64,000 nt of DNA from Auanema rhodensis (lineage: Eukaryota; Animalia; Nematoda). Both the position numbers and the translations under genes were made by a program. Shown piece by piece: positions 40,647-53,499 of this stretch; within the stretch, counting starts at the first letter, position 1; each line of letters begins with the position of its first letter. The stretch lies in the NCBI GenBank assembly GCA_964057225.1, contig OZ059897.1, positions 5,890,001 through 5,954,000 of the forward strand, written 5' to 3'. The notes under the pieces were generated by a model. The model was not told the origin of the DNA. It worked only from the letters and a program-made list of their open reading frames with translations, and did no database searches.

Positions 40647-43170
40647 ATCAAATGCTAGTTATTCAGAAGCGTTCAATGACATCAGCATGTCAACAGCTTC
40701 TTCTTCTACTACTAGAGGTTGTGGAATCAATGCCTCTATTATGACAAGAACATCACTAACTCTTGATTCATTTCTATACATATTTGGATATATAATCTAT
40801 TTGTATTTATATATTTGGTCTACAATTAACTATTTATTTGATCCTCATACTATGTATATATTTGGAAAAAAAAACACAAAACATCTGATATCAGTCCACA
40901 TGATCTTCATACAACTTCAACTCAGCTTCTACTCAAAATCTCAACTGTTTTCTATATTTTGATGATCTACAATCTAATTATACAATATTCCTTCTATCTG
41001 TATCGGAATCTGAAGAATCAGTATGGACAGCGCTCACACAATTGGATGTTCAATGGAACCAAAAGCTGAATCTACTTAAGCCAACTGTTCTTCCCAATAA
41101 TGGTTTCGCGGGTTTTATACTTGCAAAATGCAATGTGATGCTTTAAAACATGTAAATTAGCCCAAATGTAATATTATATTTGTTAATATATTTATATATA
41201 TATAGCATAATATGTACATATTTTGTTTTATGAACATTAATTTATAAATATTTATTTTTTTTTAATTTAGTATATGTTATTATAAAAAATAATTATATAA
41301 ACAGTAGTTACTACTATACTACTACTTATACTTATATATGAACTTTATGAACTTTATGATTCATTGAACTATATGAAAACATGAAGAATAGTTAAAATAT
41401 CAAAAGTGAAGCACAACCGTTCATCTTCATGATCTGACTGAAAATAATGAAATTGTCTGATCTCTAATAGAATGTCATAGTTTACATGTATCTGAACGTG
41501 CCAAAGTACTAGCTATGATCTAAAGATTGCACCGTAATCTCTTAGTTCACTTGCAGCAATTCTTTTCAATTTTGCAAATTTATAGCTTTTCTAAGCGGTT
41601 AATCAAATTGTCTTCGTTCACTTTATCCATTATAATAACAAAATATATTTAAAATATACTGCTTAAAAGCAAAATTTCATATAGATTAAGTATATTTTAT
41701 AGAGCTAACCATATACAGCTCTGGATTGTTTTTCAGAACAATTTGAGCTCGAACAGATAATCACATATAACATTGAGTTGTTTTGCGTATAAGAAACAGA
41801 ACAGTTTTCGAATTAAATCGTCAAAATTACAAAGATTCAGATATTTAAACCCCAACTAATTTATTGTCTATCAATCTTTTTATGAAAAAAAAGTTCGGAA
41901 AATGTGATATTAATTGAAATTTTTATCAGAATTTCCGCTTGTATTTTTCAAAGACATAAGAGAGTGTTGAACCACGTGTTAAAACTTTATCTGAAAATTC
42001 TTTGCTAGACTATGCAGTTACATACGCTTTTTCCATCAATTTACTATGTCTGAGTGTTATCATATTTCTTATCAAACGTAATCCAAATGAATCCTATATA
42101 TATATTCATTGTCTGAGTTAAGAGAGACTGTTAAGAGAGGAGCAAAGTAAAGTAAAGCAAAATAAAAAGAAAATTATTCTTATAATTTACCCTATAAGTA
42201 TAATATATTTGAAATACATGTGTATATTCAATCTTAAAGGTTTATACGTTTTCAAAGAGTTCTTTTAGATAGATTTGCTCTAGTTGAATCATACTTACGT
42301 CAGTAGAGAATTTAAAAAGTAAAAACATGGCTTAAAGATATTTAAAAAATTTTCAAAATACGATCTGAACAAGTTATGATTTGCACAAAATCTGAGCTGG
42401 TCTTAGTATAAGATTAGATATGTTTTTCAGAACAATTTCGGTTGATTTTAATGCTGATCCATAAGCTTGATCTGAAAATTTCAGTTTTGGACATTGGCAT
42501 GTTGACAATGAACAAAACTCAAAATTGTGCTTATAAATACTTCGATCTTTCAATCTAATTATCGTTTATTCTTTGGAATAATTCATAAATTTATAGTGAA
42601 AACACTACAAGATTCACCGAAGCCCATAATTCATAGAATGTACTACCATCCGAACTATTTTTTTTTCGCAAAAAATTGTCCGAAAGATACAGAAACTCCA
42701 AAATTTTCATATCTATATATTCATTTTTCTTATTTCAATTAAAATATATAAGATTTGCATCATCAAGTTTGAAAATAAAAAAAATTGAAATTGGGGGAAA
42801 GGAAAACGTTTTTCATGCTAAGTTGAAGAAGAACTCGTCATCAGATCTGTCATCAAAAAATAGATAACAAAGTATAATGTAAATGACTTAATTATGATAT
42901 AAGAATACACATTTACGTATCAAAATTGGAAAGTGAGTTCTATAATAGGCAATGTCGATACAGCATGTTTTACGTGGAAACTAACTAATGATAGTGAAAT
43001 GTTTCTAGTTTGCTTATGAATCAGTGAAGATGTTTCATACATGTATATCTATGTAACGATTATTTTGAACTAAAGTTGAATATTTTAACAACTTTTTCAA
43101 GAGCATGATAATAGCTTATAGCCTGTATTTGTTAATAATACATCGGTGAGCCAATCCTTTCAGTCAAAAC

Positions 43171-43275
43171 ATGCTGGATTATGGAGTAGAGAAGCTAGCT
43201 AAAGGATTTTTGACATTAAATCCTATAGTCTTGTATGAAGACCTCCATACTGAATTTGGTCAAGAAGATATTTAA
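43171..43275 (+). CDS. Candidate 34-aa small ORF or terminal exon
   Basis: TTTCAG|tcaaaacATG, then MLDYGVEKLAKGFLTLNPIVLYEDLHTEFGQEDI*. No homologue in the window. Confidence 0.25.
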   Translation: MLDYGVEKLAKGFLTLNPIVLYEDLHTEFGQEDI

Positions 43276-43485
43276 ATTGATTGAATATTCTATTTTTTCA
43301 ATTTCAAGATTATAGTCTTAGTAAATTCCACGTGAGATAAACTACGAAAGACATGTAGAGGTCCAGAAAAGAACAACATGGAAAATCTGAAAGGATGGAG
43401 AATTAAAATGAAAAATGAAGAAAAGATAGAAGTGAGAAGTTAAGTGGGAAAGAGTAAAATCTTAGTTAGATGGAGAAGTTTGTTT

Positions 43486-43487
<2 letters not shown>

Positions 43488-43539
<52 letters not shown>
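43488..43539. repeat. (AG)n microsatellite
   Basis: About 26 perfect units. Confidence 0.95.
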
Positions 43540-43540
<1 letters not shown>

Positions 43541-45792
43541 AGCTCATGAACTACATTTCAAAATATCCTACTTTATTGTATTATTACTTGATATATAGAA
43601 AGAACTAACTTTTAAAATGTTTCGAAAAACATGTAACTACATATCTATTATCATCTTAACTATTGTATTTTTGAATTATTAATAGAATTTTCATAAAGAT
43701 TTGGCCAAAGACCTCATCAGAAACTAAAATAGAAGAAAAAATTTATAAAAAGTTTGAAGACTTTCAAATCATTGTAAATGAGTCATACATCATGCAAGAT
43801 TGATGCTTATAAGACTAGTGATATCATATACTATATACGTATAATCATCTGAAACCATATATTTAAATTTAAAAAAAACTTTCTTTTTTTTTTCATTTAA
43901 TCTCTTAATAATACTACAATTCAAATATAATTTAAGTTTCATTATTATTTAATATTTTGGAAATTGAATTCATTTTTCAAATAAAACTTTAAAGGAACTG
44001 CATGTCTGTTAAACGCCAAATTCAGCTTTTCCTTTCATCCTTCCTGAAGGAAATGAAGATTTTCAGATTAACGTAATAGTATTATTAATTTATTTTAATT
44101 TAATTATAATTTAGATATAGCAATATCCGTATATCCTTTATCATATCATATTCCTGTTCCTGTTTTGAGCGTAAACCGATTGATAATGTTTTGAAATTGT
44201 ACGTTCAATATTGAAACAGCATAGATACAACAACGATGCACAAATTTTTAAGAATAAGTTGAAATACACTTCTTAGTTTATGTTTTCATCCCTCAATAAC
44301 GTTTTTTGGAATAAAATAAAAAGTTCAAAATTAAAATTTACTTTTCTTTCATGCACACACACATACATACACGCGTTTGACGTTTTTTTTACTATCTTTG
44401 TACTTCAAAATCAGACAGTGATAAGAAGTGATCATGTGCAATTCGTCGAAGTCTTTGAAAACGTTTTTGCACAAAAAAAAAAGTCAAAAATAAACTTTGA
44501 AAATTGAAAAACAAACAGATTTTCATTCATTTTTTTCTTCATTTATTTATTATACTATATAACTATACAATATAATTATAATGAAGTTCAAACATATACA
44601 TGCTACGTCATTCTATTTATAATTAATGGATGGTAAGATTTTTTTTTGTAATTGATTGAGAAAAAGAAAACTTTTTTTTATTTTCTTCAACAAAAGTCAA
44701 ACTTTTCGAAAAAAGAACCGATGCGAGAGACATACTTTCTATATACGAGAGAGATGATTTTTGAAATTCAAAATCTTTTTTGGTGTTTTTTTTTATTTTG
44801 AAATGGAGAGTTACCTCATCATTTCATGCCACATGAAAGAACATGAAAAGCCATCCATCGTCTTGTTATTATTGATGTGATTAATGCTTTTGTACACGTT
44901 TTTCATAGCTGGATAACTAACTACTTTGATAATCCTCATATATCAGCTGGTTTTGACTCCATGGATAGATTATAATCTCAGTTATGCATGCTTGTAACTG
45001 TGATATGAAAAGCTGATCAATGACTGCGACAACTATTCGGCAGCCGTTTGAATTTTGCATCATTAGACTAGTATACCAGTGATACTACAAGAATATCAAG
45101 AAATATCATCAAACATGAAGGATTTAAGCTTGAATCTCTATCAACTAATACTACAATGTTCTAAAGAATATGATTGCTTTCGTATATGTATCAAAGTTTA
45201 TAAGTCAGTCTCACTCATTCAATCACTCATTCAATCACTCACTAACTCACACACTCATTCACATACTCATTTCCTTCATTTGAATTGTTATTGGCGACAA
45301 AAATTCTTTATTACTTACCTTTGATTATCTATGTTAAAGACATTAACACAATAACAAATCAACTTCAGAAAAGCAAGACGGGGCGACGACGAAGAAGAGA
45401 TCATCATACTCATACACCACTACTTCCTACGACTAAGACCACTACTACAACTCTCCCCCCACCCAAACACCTTTATTCCAACCTTTTTTGTGTTCTTCTC
45501 TCCAGTCGGTAGTACTCGTCTGACGACGATACATACTTTTTGTGAGAATTTGCACGAAAAGACGAAGACTGCTGCTGGTGGCGCTTGTGTGTTCTGTGTG
45601 GACAAGCTAAACGTCGTGGCATAGTACTACATCAGCAACTACTACTTGTCAACAACTCGACCAGATCTATAGCCAATAGTGGACCATTTGTAATATTCGT
45701 TCATCTACAGAATTATATTCGAATTCTCACGTTGATTTTTACTAAATTTTGTGGAAGAAGAAAAAACTTTTACAGTTTAAACAGTGTAAACT

Positions 45793-45939
45793 ATGATTCA
45801 CATTACTTATTCGACATCAGCTGATCTTCAGTCTCGTTTTGATCTAAAATATTCACGAAGAACTCGATTGAAACTACGTTGCGAGCATCTTCAAAAGAAC
45901 AATAATACATTAAATGTTTTCTCTACAACAGAAGAATGA
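45793..45939 (+). CDS. Micropeptide P3 (48 aa), MVHI-STxADLQ family
   Basis: MIHITYSTSADLQSRFDLKYSRRTRLKLRCEHLQKNNNTLNVFSTTEE*. 10/13 N-terminal residues identical to P2. TTTTACAG at 45768-45775 just upstream; AATAAA at 46055-46060. Confidence 0.78.
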   Translation: MIHITYSTSADLQSRFDLKYSRRTRLKLRCEHLQKNNNTLNVFSTTEE

Positions 45940-47578
45940 ATGTCTTGTATTCTAAGTATTATAGGATGGAAATAGTCGCCAATTAATTCTTAGGACAGAT
46001 TGATCAACTTCATCAATTAAAAACAGAACAATTTCATATTTTCTCAGTTCAATTAATAAAACATTTTGAGTTCTAGTTATAATAATCTGTATGATTTAAT
46101 ATATTTAATTTGTTATATAAATATCTGTATATATGTATATAGATTTATTTATATATATTTGTTGTATTTTAATGAATGTTTTTGTATATTATATTCTTAG
46201 ACTCAATCATATTACAAGGTATAGAGAGAGAGAGAGAGAGATAGATAGATAGATAGGTAGAGAAAGAGAGATAGAAAGAGAGAGAGAGACAGATAGAGTT
46301 AGAGATTTTAAGAAAGAAATATGAAGAGATGAACATAAAAACCAGAAAAAACCTCTTTTCTACAGTATTTACTCTGAATCTCATAATACATATTTATATT
46401 AAAATAAGATTCAATACTATAAGTTTCTTTTTTTTTTTTGAAAATAGTACATCGTTACATCTTGAAATCCTTGTTCATGTTTGAAAACTTTTAAATTATA
46501 TCTTATAAGTACACGATTATACTAGATAATAAAGCTGAATATTAAACTATATATGTATTTGAGAATCAAATGAACCCTCGAGTCAAATTGATCTGATACA
46601 GTATCATCAGATCAGATGAAAAAATAACAGATGCACATGCATGGAATCCTAAAATGATTATGAATGTCAGGTGTTTGACCTTTTTGTCTCTTCATCTTCC
46701 AATTTGTTTACTTCCTTTTGTTTTAATGTCTGCTTCTACTTTACCTTCTTAATCATTTTCTTCTACTTTAGATCTTTTTCTTTTCTTGTTCAAATATATA
46801 AAATCATGAGAAATACATTATGACCAACTGATACACATCTATCTGATTATCATACTGATATGATTTTACTCATTTTTTAACAAAAATTTATTATTTTGTT
46901 TATTTGAACTAATGAAAGGAAAGAATTTATATGGAAATGAGAGATCAAAGGAAATAAAGAGAGAAATAGTCACATGAAGAGAGATAGAGGGATAGAGAGA
47001 CAAGAGTTTGTGTCTCATTATCTTGCTTCTGATCTCTCACATCTTTAAGCTTCCTGTTCTTGTTTTTTTTATTTTTTTTGCATCATTTCACAAACAAATA
47101 AAAAAAAAGTTTATAATACAATATAAAATAATATGTATTGAACTAATATTATCAAATATTTGAAACAAAACAAACAAAAATGATGCTAAGAAGACAAAAG
47201 AAAAAACAACTTAAGATAAATTTTATTTTATGAAAACTTTAAATAATCATAGAAATTGTAAAAGATATTATAACAAATACATTCATATATCCTTAATCTT
47301 ATGAAGAATTCTTAATTCCATATTAAAAAGTTTTAAACTTTTTCTGAACTTTCAATTAGATCAATTTAACATAGAAGAGAGTAATTCGGATTTTTTTTCA
47401 ATCTACTCTAAGCTTTAATCATTTTGAATTCATATTTTTGGTGAAAAAAAAAGATTTTCTAATCTGATATATTCAAACATATGCTTCTTTCTTGTACATT
47501 CAAATATTAGAACAAAGGCTAATTATGTTTAATATCATCTCTCTCTCTCTTTCTCTCTCTCTATCTCCCTCTCTTTCT

Positions 47579-47627
<49 letters not shown>

Positions 47628-49275
47628 GACTGATATATTATTGGTTTTCTTTTCTCATTTCATACAAGACTATTTAAGAATAAAAAGGAGAAAATAGTTA
47701 GTTTATCATTCAAATGAATGATTTTCTTCATAACACCTATTTAGTAGATTCACACAAAGATGAGATTTTTCCTCTTAATAACTTCTTCAACTATGATCCA
47801 TTTCGTAAACTATCTCCCATCATCTAGTAAGATAAGAAATAAATTTGTAATCATTTATGTATTTTACACATGATAGACCTATTTGATTAGACATGTGATT
47901 GGGAAGACTTCCTGAACAACTCTTGAATGTGCGATAAATCTTATACCGTTTGTAAACTTTTTTCTCTTCATCTCCCTCTATTTCTCTTCTTTTTGTTTCT
48001 CTTTGTACCTTTCACAATTTTAATTGTTATTTCTTTCTAGCTTGTGTAGTCAGAAGATTGCTACAACAAACTGTTAGGGCGTCTCATTTTCTTGGACCAC
48101 AAAATACATTCATATGTATATGTATATACATATGTATATATACATATAATCTATATAAAGATTATTAATTCTTTTATAAATGTCTTGAAGATGAAACATT
48201 AACTAAAATATATAATTTTATTAAATAATAAAATTACAGTAAGATTTATATATTATTAAAGTTTATTATAATACAAGCTTAAATATGTCTGAATGATCTT
48301 AACTATATACTGGAAAACATGAAAAATACTTCTTTCTTCTATAGATTCTAAAAAGAGAAATTAAGATTACAAACAAATGAATTTACAGCATTTTTTTTAG
48401 GAATAAAGAGTTACAAATATTTGGAAAAATCCAAGTTACTTATAAGTAAATAGAATAAGTTTTTTTTGACTTAAATGGTAAGTACAAACGAAAAATCATA
48501 TATTAGACTCAAATATATAAATTATAAATATATAGAGATATATAGATAAACTTTTAAATTTTAAATATATTAAATCTCTTTATATACACAATATTTATAT
48601 ATAATAATCTTTAATATTATATTTTTCTTTTTTTCAACATACAGATATCCTTTACTATAATCCATAATTATATACTTTGATTTAAGAGGTTTTAAGTATA
48701 GTCATCTAATTGTATTTCAATAGTCTTGGATTTATAAGATGAATTATAGAAAATACATCAGGCTGCATAATATTTTTTCAATATTTTAAGTACGATTAAC
48801 ATAAGATTTAAGCTCACAAAATTCATATTTCATATGTTTTATAGATTTTAATTATTATTCTTGAATGAATAATCTTTTCGGATTTTCAAGTTCAACATAT
48901 TAGCTTGTGAAAGAAACTTTATAAATTTTAAATAAACTATATGATATTATTAATGAATTTGGTATTCTTTTTGATATAAATTGTTCTTATAATTCCTTAT
49001 ATTATTATTATTTTTATAAAAAAAATTTTCATTTTCATTCATTCATTCATCAGTTTACTGAACAAACGTACTAGTCATTTTATAGCTATTTTTGGGACTT
49101 TTTCTCATAGCAATGACATTACTCATTGAAAGAAAAACTGGTAGAGTAAGCAGTAATATGAGATAGAGACAGCACATAAGTGATATGGAGGTTCGAGGTT
49201 GTTGAAAGAACAGGAGACTAAGGGAAAGCAGTGAGGTCATAACAGAGTTCAGCAATCTCCATGTGCAAAGACAGT

Positions 49276-49283
49276 TGACGTCA
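49276..49283. promoter_or_regulatory. Full CRE palindrome TGACGTCA between P3 and P2
   Basis: Exact 8-bp CREB/ATF site in a locally GC-richer island; function not shown. Confidence 0.3.
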
Positions 49284-50711
49284 GCATTAACTTCCGTTTT
49301 AAAAGATTCTATTTTTGGAAGCTGATTCCTATAGAACGAGTGTATGTGTGTATGTGTGTTGGACCACATCAAACTGAACTAGATTTACATCTGGAAATTT
49401 AATTTTTTTTCTTTGCATTCAATTATAAGAAGATAAAAAGAAAATAGAAGTAAAATGACAAAAAAAATTTGTATTTGTCTTAAGATGATTATCTAAACAT
49501 ACAAGAAGCCAGAGATAGGGAGTTGTAGTAGTAGTAGAAGTAGAAATCATCAGACACAAGCCATTTGTTAGCATTTATGATGATGTGATATTGAAGCTGA
49601 TGTTGTCAGTTTTTAGAAGATGATCAAGTCTGGCTTCAACTTGAAAAGTTTTTTCTCACAAATCTTGTAGATTTAAAAGGAGTGAGAGAGAGATCATAAA
49701 AGAGAAAGAGGTTTGTACATATAACTCTCATCCTCTAATACCATCTGTTTTAAATTTTTTCAGAAGTTGTAGTATGAGATGAAGAAGCATATTCTCTTGA
49801 AGCCATAGTAAATCTCAAAACTATAGTACTAAGCTGATTAATATAGTGAATTATGGTATTAACTGTTCGAACAAAAAGCAAAAAGGTAGAAGACTACATT
49901 GATTAAATTGTTTTTTTTTTAATTTTCATATTGTTTAGTAATCAAAGAGGGAGAGAATGAATTACATTCATACATAGGGTTTCTCTCTTCTTCATCTCAA
50001 GAATCATTTTAATGAGATTTTCTTTTGTAAAACAAACATTATTTGTTGATATTTTAAACTAAAAATAAAAGTTGTTAAATTAGAAATGTAAATAAATATT
50101 TTTTTTTATTCAGATATTATTTTTTCTTTTATTAAAACTTGGAAGTAAGCGTGAGTAAGCTTGTTAGCCAGCTTTACTTTCAATGCAAGTACAACCTTGT
50201 TCAGCAAATCATATTCGTTAAATAAGATATTATGGTATAAATAGACAAAAGATAAATATAAGAAATAGTCTTTATACGATAATTGTAAATAAAAAAACAA
50301 ATGCTCTACAAGACTTGAACTTGATGTGTGATTGCGAGGGAGGACAATAACAAAGCAGAGACTGGAAATGTAATGTTTGGTAGATATGTATGAGTAAGAT
50401 TTTTTTTTTTGCGTTTTTTAGTGTTGATTCATAAGGAAAAAAAGTAATTTTATTCTTTTTTTTTGTATTTAATGTTCCTTTACTAGTTTATTCTTGTTTT
50501 GAAAGCAATAAATTATAACGATGTTTCGATGGTTAGTCGACGTAATGATTCAGAATCTTCATTAGAATCTAGCTATTCCTTCTTCTTAGGATCAAAATTA
50601 TGAAGCTAATATAATAATAAGAAATCAAAGAAGTAAATCTTTTTCTTTCCCTTCTTTTTTTGTCTTGTGCACACCTGAATTCTACAGATTTGCAAGGAAG
50701 GGAAAGAAAAG

Positions 50712-50719
<8 letters not shown>

Positions 50720-50768
<49 letters not shown>
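50720..50768. repeat. (AG)n microsatellite
   Basis: About 24 perfect units. Confidence 0.95.
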
Positions 50769-50774
<6 letters not shown>

Positions 50775-51458
50775 GAGTTGTAATATCACTGTTCTATATT
50801 TTGTATTTTCTATATTTATGCTGTATATGTATGTATAGTAATAGTAGTAGTAAGTAGTACTTGAGAAAAAAATGACAAATAAGGTTATTTTTAGTTTAAA
50901 ATAGATTTATTATTATAGTATTTACAATGAAATTCATCTATCTATAAGATATACATATTATATACACATCACATGTGTTTTCAATAAAATATAACATAAT
51001 ATATAAACAGATCATTATAAGTTTTAAGTTAAAGCTGTTGATCCAAACTCGTCGTTGGCTGAGATATAGTATCAGAGTTGATAAAATGAGAGAATGAGTG
51101 ACCCGTGCTCATACCATGCTGCGACTTCTTCCATTCAACATATTCTGTCTATATGTTGGCTTCTTCGGTCCTGTGACTTCAATAGTTGGTTGATGTCTCG
51201 ATAGGTAATAAGTCGAATATCATAGCCAGAATAAAAGACATGAAGCTTCTTGTACCAGCATAATTAGACAATGTATAGTATATTTAGAATTATAGATAGC
51301 TGGATATAAGAATATGTCATGAGTTGACTAGATATGTACAGAGAATGTTAGATCTTTAGATGATCTGTAGTACTACCTCGCAGAACGTTGCAGAAGAACG
51401 TTGAGTACATTAGCAGTAGAATCCATCTGAATCCAGATCAGTGTCCATCATATAGTGT

Positions 51459-51560
51459 TCATTTGTCCGTTCGGTTCAATCGAGAGAATCGGCTCGGTCG
51501 ATGAATGGACGTGGAGAATGCCTGCAAGTCGGCATCAGTAGACCATGTAATGTGAACCAT
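51459..51560 (-). CDS. Micropeptide P2 (33 aa), MVHI-STxADLQ family
   Basis: MVHITWSTDADLQAFSTSIHRPSRFSRLNRTDK*. First ATG after the TATA promoter; differs from P1 by a frame-preserving 6-codon indel before RPxRFxRL. Confidence 0.85.
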   Translation of the reverse strand: MVHITWSTDADLQAFSTSIHRPSRFSRLNRTDK

Positions 51561-51699
51561 ATTGGAAGCAGTAAGTTAGTTAGCAAATTTATGCGTTTTG
51601 TCAATAAAAACAGAAGTGAACGCTGTAGAGAGAGTTTGAGAGAGATAGAGTGTTACGCTCAAAGGTTTGAGAGTATAAGCGTGCGAACAAGCTCAGGAA

Positions 51700-51811
51700 A
51701 GGCTGCCCACATTCGGAGATTCTCCGATTTTATATCTGCTGATAGGCTCCGCCCCTTCGCCCCTCCCCTTCCGCCGTCCCCCTACTCTGCAAAGAGAAAA
51801 TGACGTCATTT
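51700..51811 (-). promoter_or_regulatory. Core promoter of P2: CRE, GC boxes, TATA
   Basis: 14-bp palindrome AAATGACGTCATTT (51798-51811), G-rich boxes at 51746-51782 including GGGGCGGAGC, TATAAAA at 51734-51728, and an Inr-like GCAG about 30 nt downstream. Confidence 0.78.
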
Positions 51812-53485
51812 GCCTCTAGAATCATCGCTAAAACGATTCTTGAGGTCAAACGACGATGACGAAGGGTTAAGAGAAGATGAAACAGTCATCCATGTATTGG
51901 TACAAGATCAAATGTTTATGTTTGCTGTAGACTAACTGCAGAAAAACTGTTTTTCCACGTTGTATATACATACTTAGTATATTCAGGTCTCATCAAATTC
52001 ATATTGAAGTTGTGTTAGACTTGTCACTTCGTATCATTGAGATGATAAGAAAGAATGATATATTATGTTCAAAAAATAAAAGTTAAAAGCACAGTCTTCT
52101 ATCTGAATTCCCTTGTTCATTCGTGTATCTGCTGGAATTTTCTGTGGATTTCGATAGAAACGAGATAACTTCCCTCATATTCTAGAGTCTTTCGTAATCT
52201 GTTTGCTAAACTCCCGGACAACAATGCGACAAATGGCTACTCACTTCAAATGTGCGAATTTGTGCGAAAAAACGGAACAAAATTGTCATGTTGTGTTGGC
52301 TGTTGACGGTTTCATCAGACCTCTGTAAGGCACACTTATCATACTAAGCTGCAGGTAGTGGTCAGCTATTAAGCTCGATTCGAGTTGTATTACACACAGG
52401 GTGGTCATACCTGATCATCAGATATCATTGAAAGCTTTGCTGTTATCTCTGCAGTAGTCGTACGACTTATCAGTGCTTCATGAAGCATATTTCATGATAT
52501 AGCGATTGCAACGAATGAGCTATAGCTTTTGCGTCAACTATCATCTCCTGAACATGGAGAGCTGAATGATTTTACAATGTTTCGCCATAATTCGAAACAA
52601 TTGGCGTTGTGATAGCGCTCCAATTCCACCTTGTATGGTCAAGATTATAACAAACAAATAGTTGCAAAACGCACGTGAAAGCTTGATCATCTATATCATT
52701 TGTAGAAAAATAAAATTAATACCGTCTCCTTTTCGTGCAGTCTCAGAGTACAGCATAGCATAGCAGGTGACAGCAACATTAGAAAAATGTTACAAGGTTC
52801 TAATACAAAAAGAAAAAGTAGAAATTTTATATAAAAGGGTAAAATTAATATTTTCTTTTTTGTGAGAGTATATATGATCTTCGAGACTGGTTATACCATC
52901 TATGTGTATATTATGGACAAATTTAGATCTTAAAACAAAAAAAAGTGATCAAGTTGGTTCAAGAAGATGGATTGAACACACGTGCCTCTGTCACTGCACT
53001 TCTAGGGGTGAATTGAAAACTAAGTAGTTTCCCACTTTTATTGATAATCATAGATGAAATTCTTCTTTTCTTTTCTTTTTTCTTTTTCGTGTCTTCTATT
53101 TCCTAGTTTTGCCATGATTTTTCGAATTTTGGAACTGCTCCCGATTCATATATCTTTTGAATGTTTAGACCTCTAAACGAACGTTTTAAACAAGAACCCA
53201 TACTTGATCTTGCCACTTTTTGATCTGACAGCGTATGTGTGATCAGAGACTTTTTCCTGGACGCGGCTGTTATAAGGTTAATGATATAGTTTATGATTGT
53301 CCTCTTGGTAGTTTGTGATATGTGTTTGGCCTGTCTATATGAAGAATATAGAAGAGACGATTGTTATTCATAAATCAGACGGTGTCCTGACAACATATCA
53401 ACGTGGTACATGAATCTCATGTATACAACACCGCTGTCAGAATAAAAAATATGGGGGTAAGACGGATGGAAAGTCGGGGGGGGGG

Positions 53486-53499
53486 GGGGTTGTCAATAT
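53486..53499 (+). repeat. Poly-G tract (G14)
   Basis: Homopolymer run. Shorter G/C runs at about 3882-3895, 5334-5345 and 9010-9019. Confidence 0.85.

Noticed and set aside
40957-40964. TTT TGA resembling the nematode antizyme +1 frameshift site
   Set aside because: Neither frame resembles ornithine decarboxylase antizyme, and TTT TGA is common in AT-rich DNA.
41727-42438. 18-nt direct repeat TGTTTTTCAGAACAATTT about 700 bp apart, possible transposon remnant
   Set aside because: No terminal inverted repeats or transposase remnant identified; too little evidence to call a mobile element.
51501-51803. 100-aa plus-strand ORF in the ORF track
   Set aside because: Antisense to P2 and its GC-rich promoter; better explained by the minus-strand micropeptide gene.
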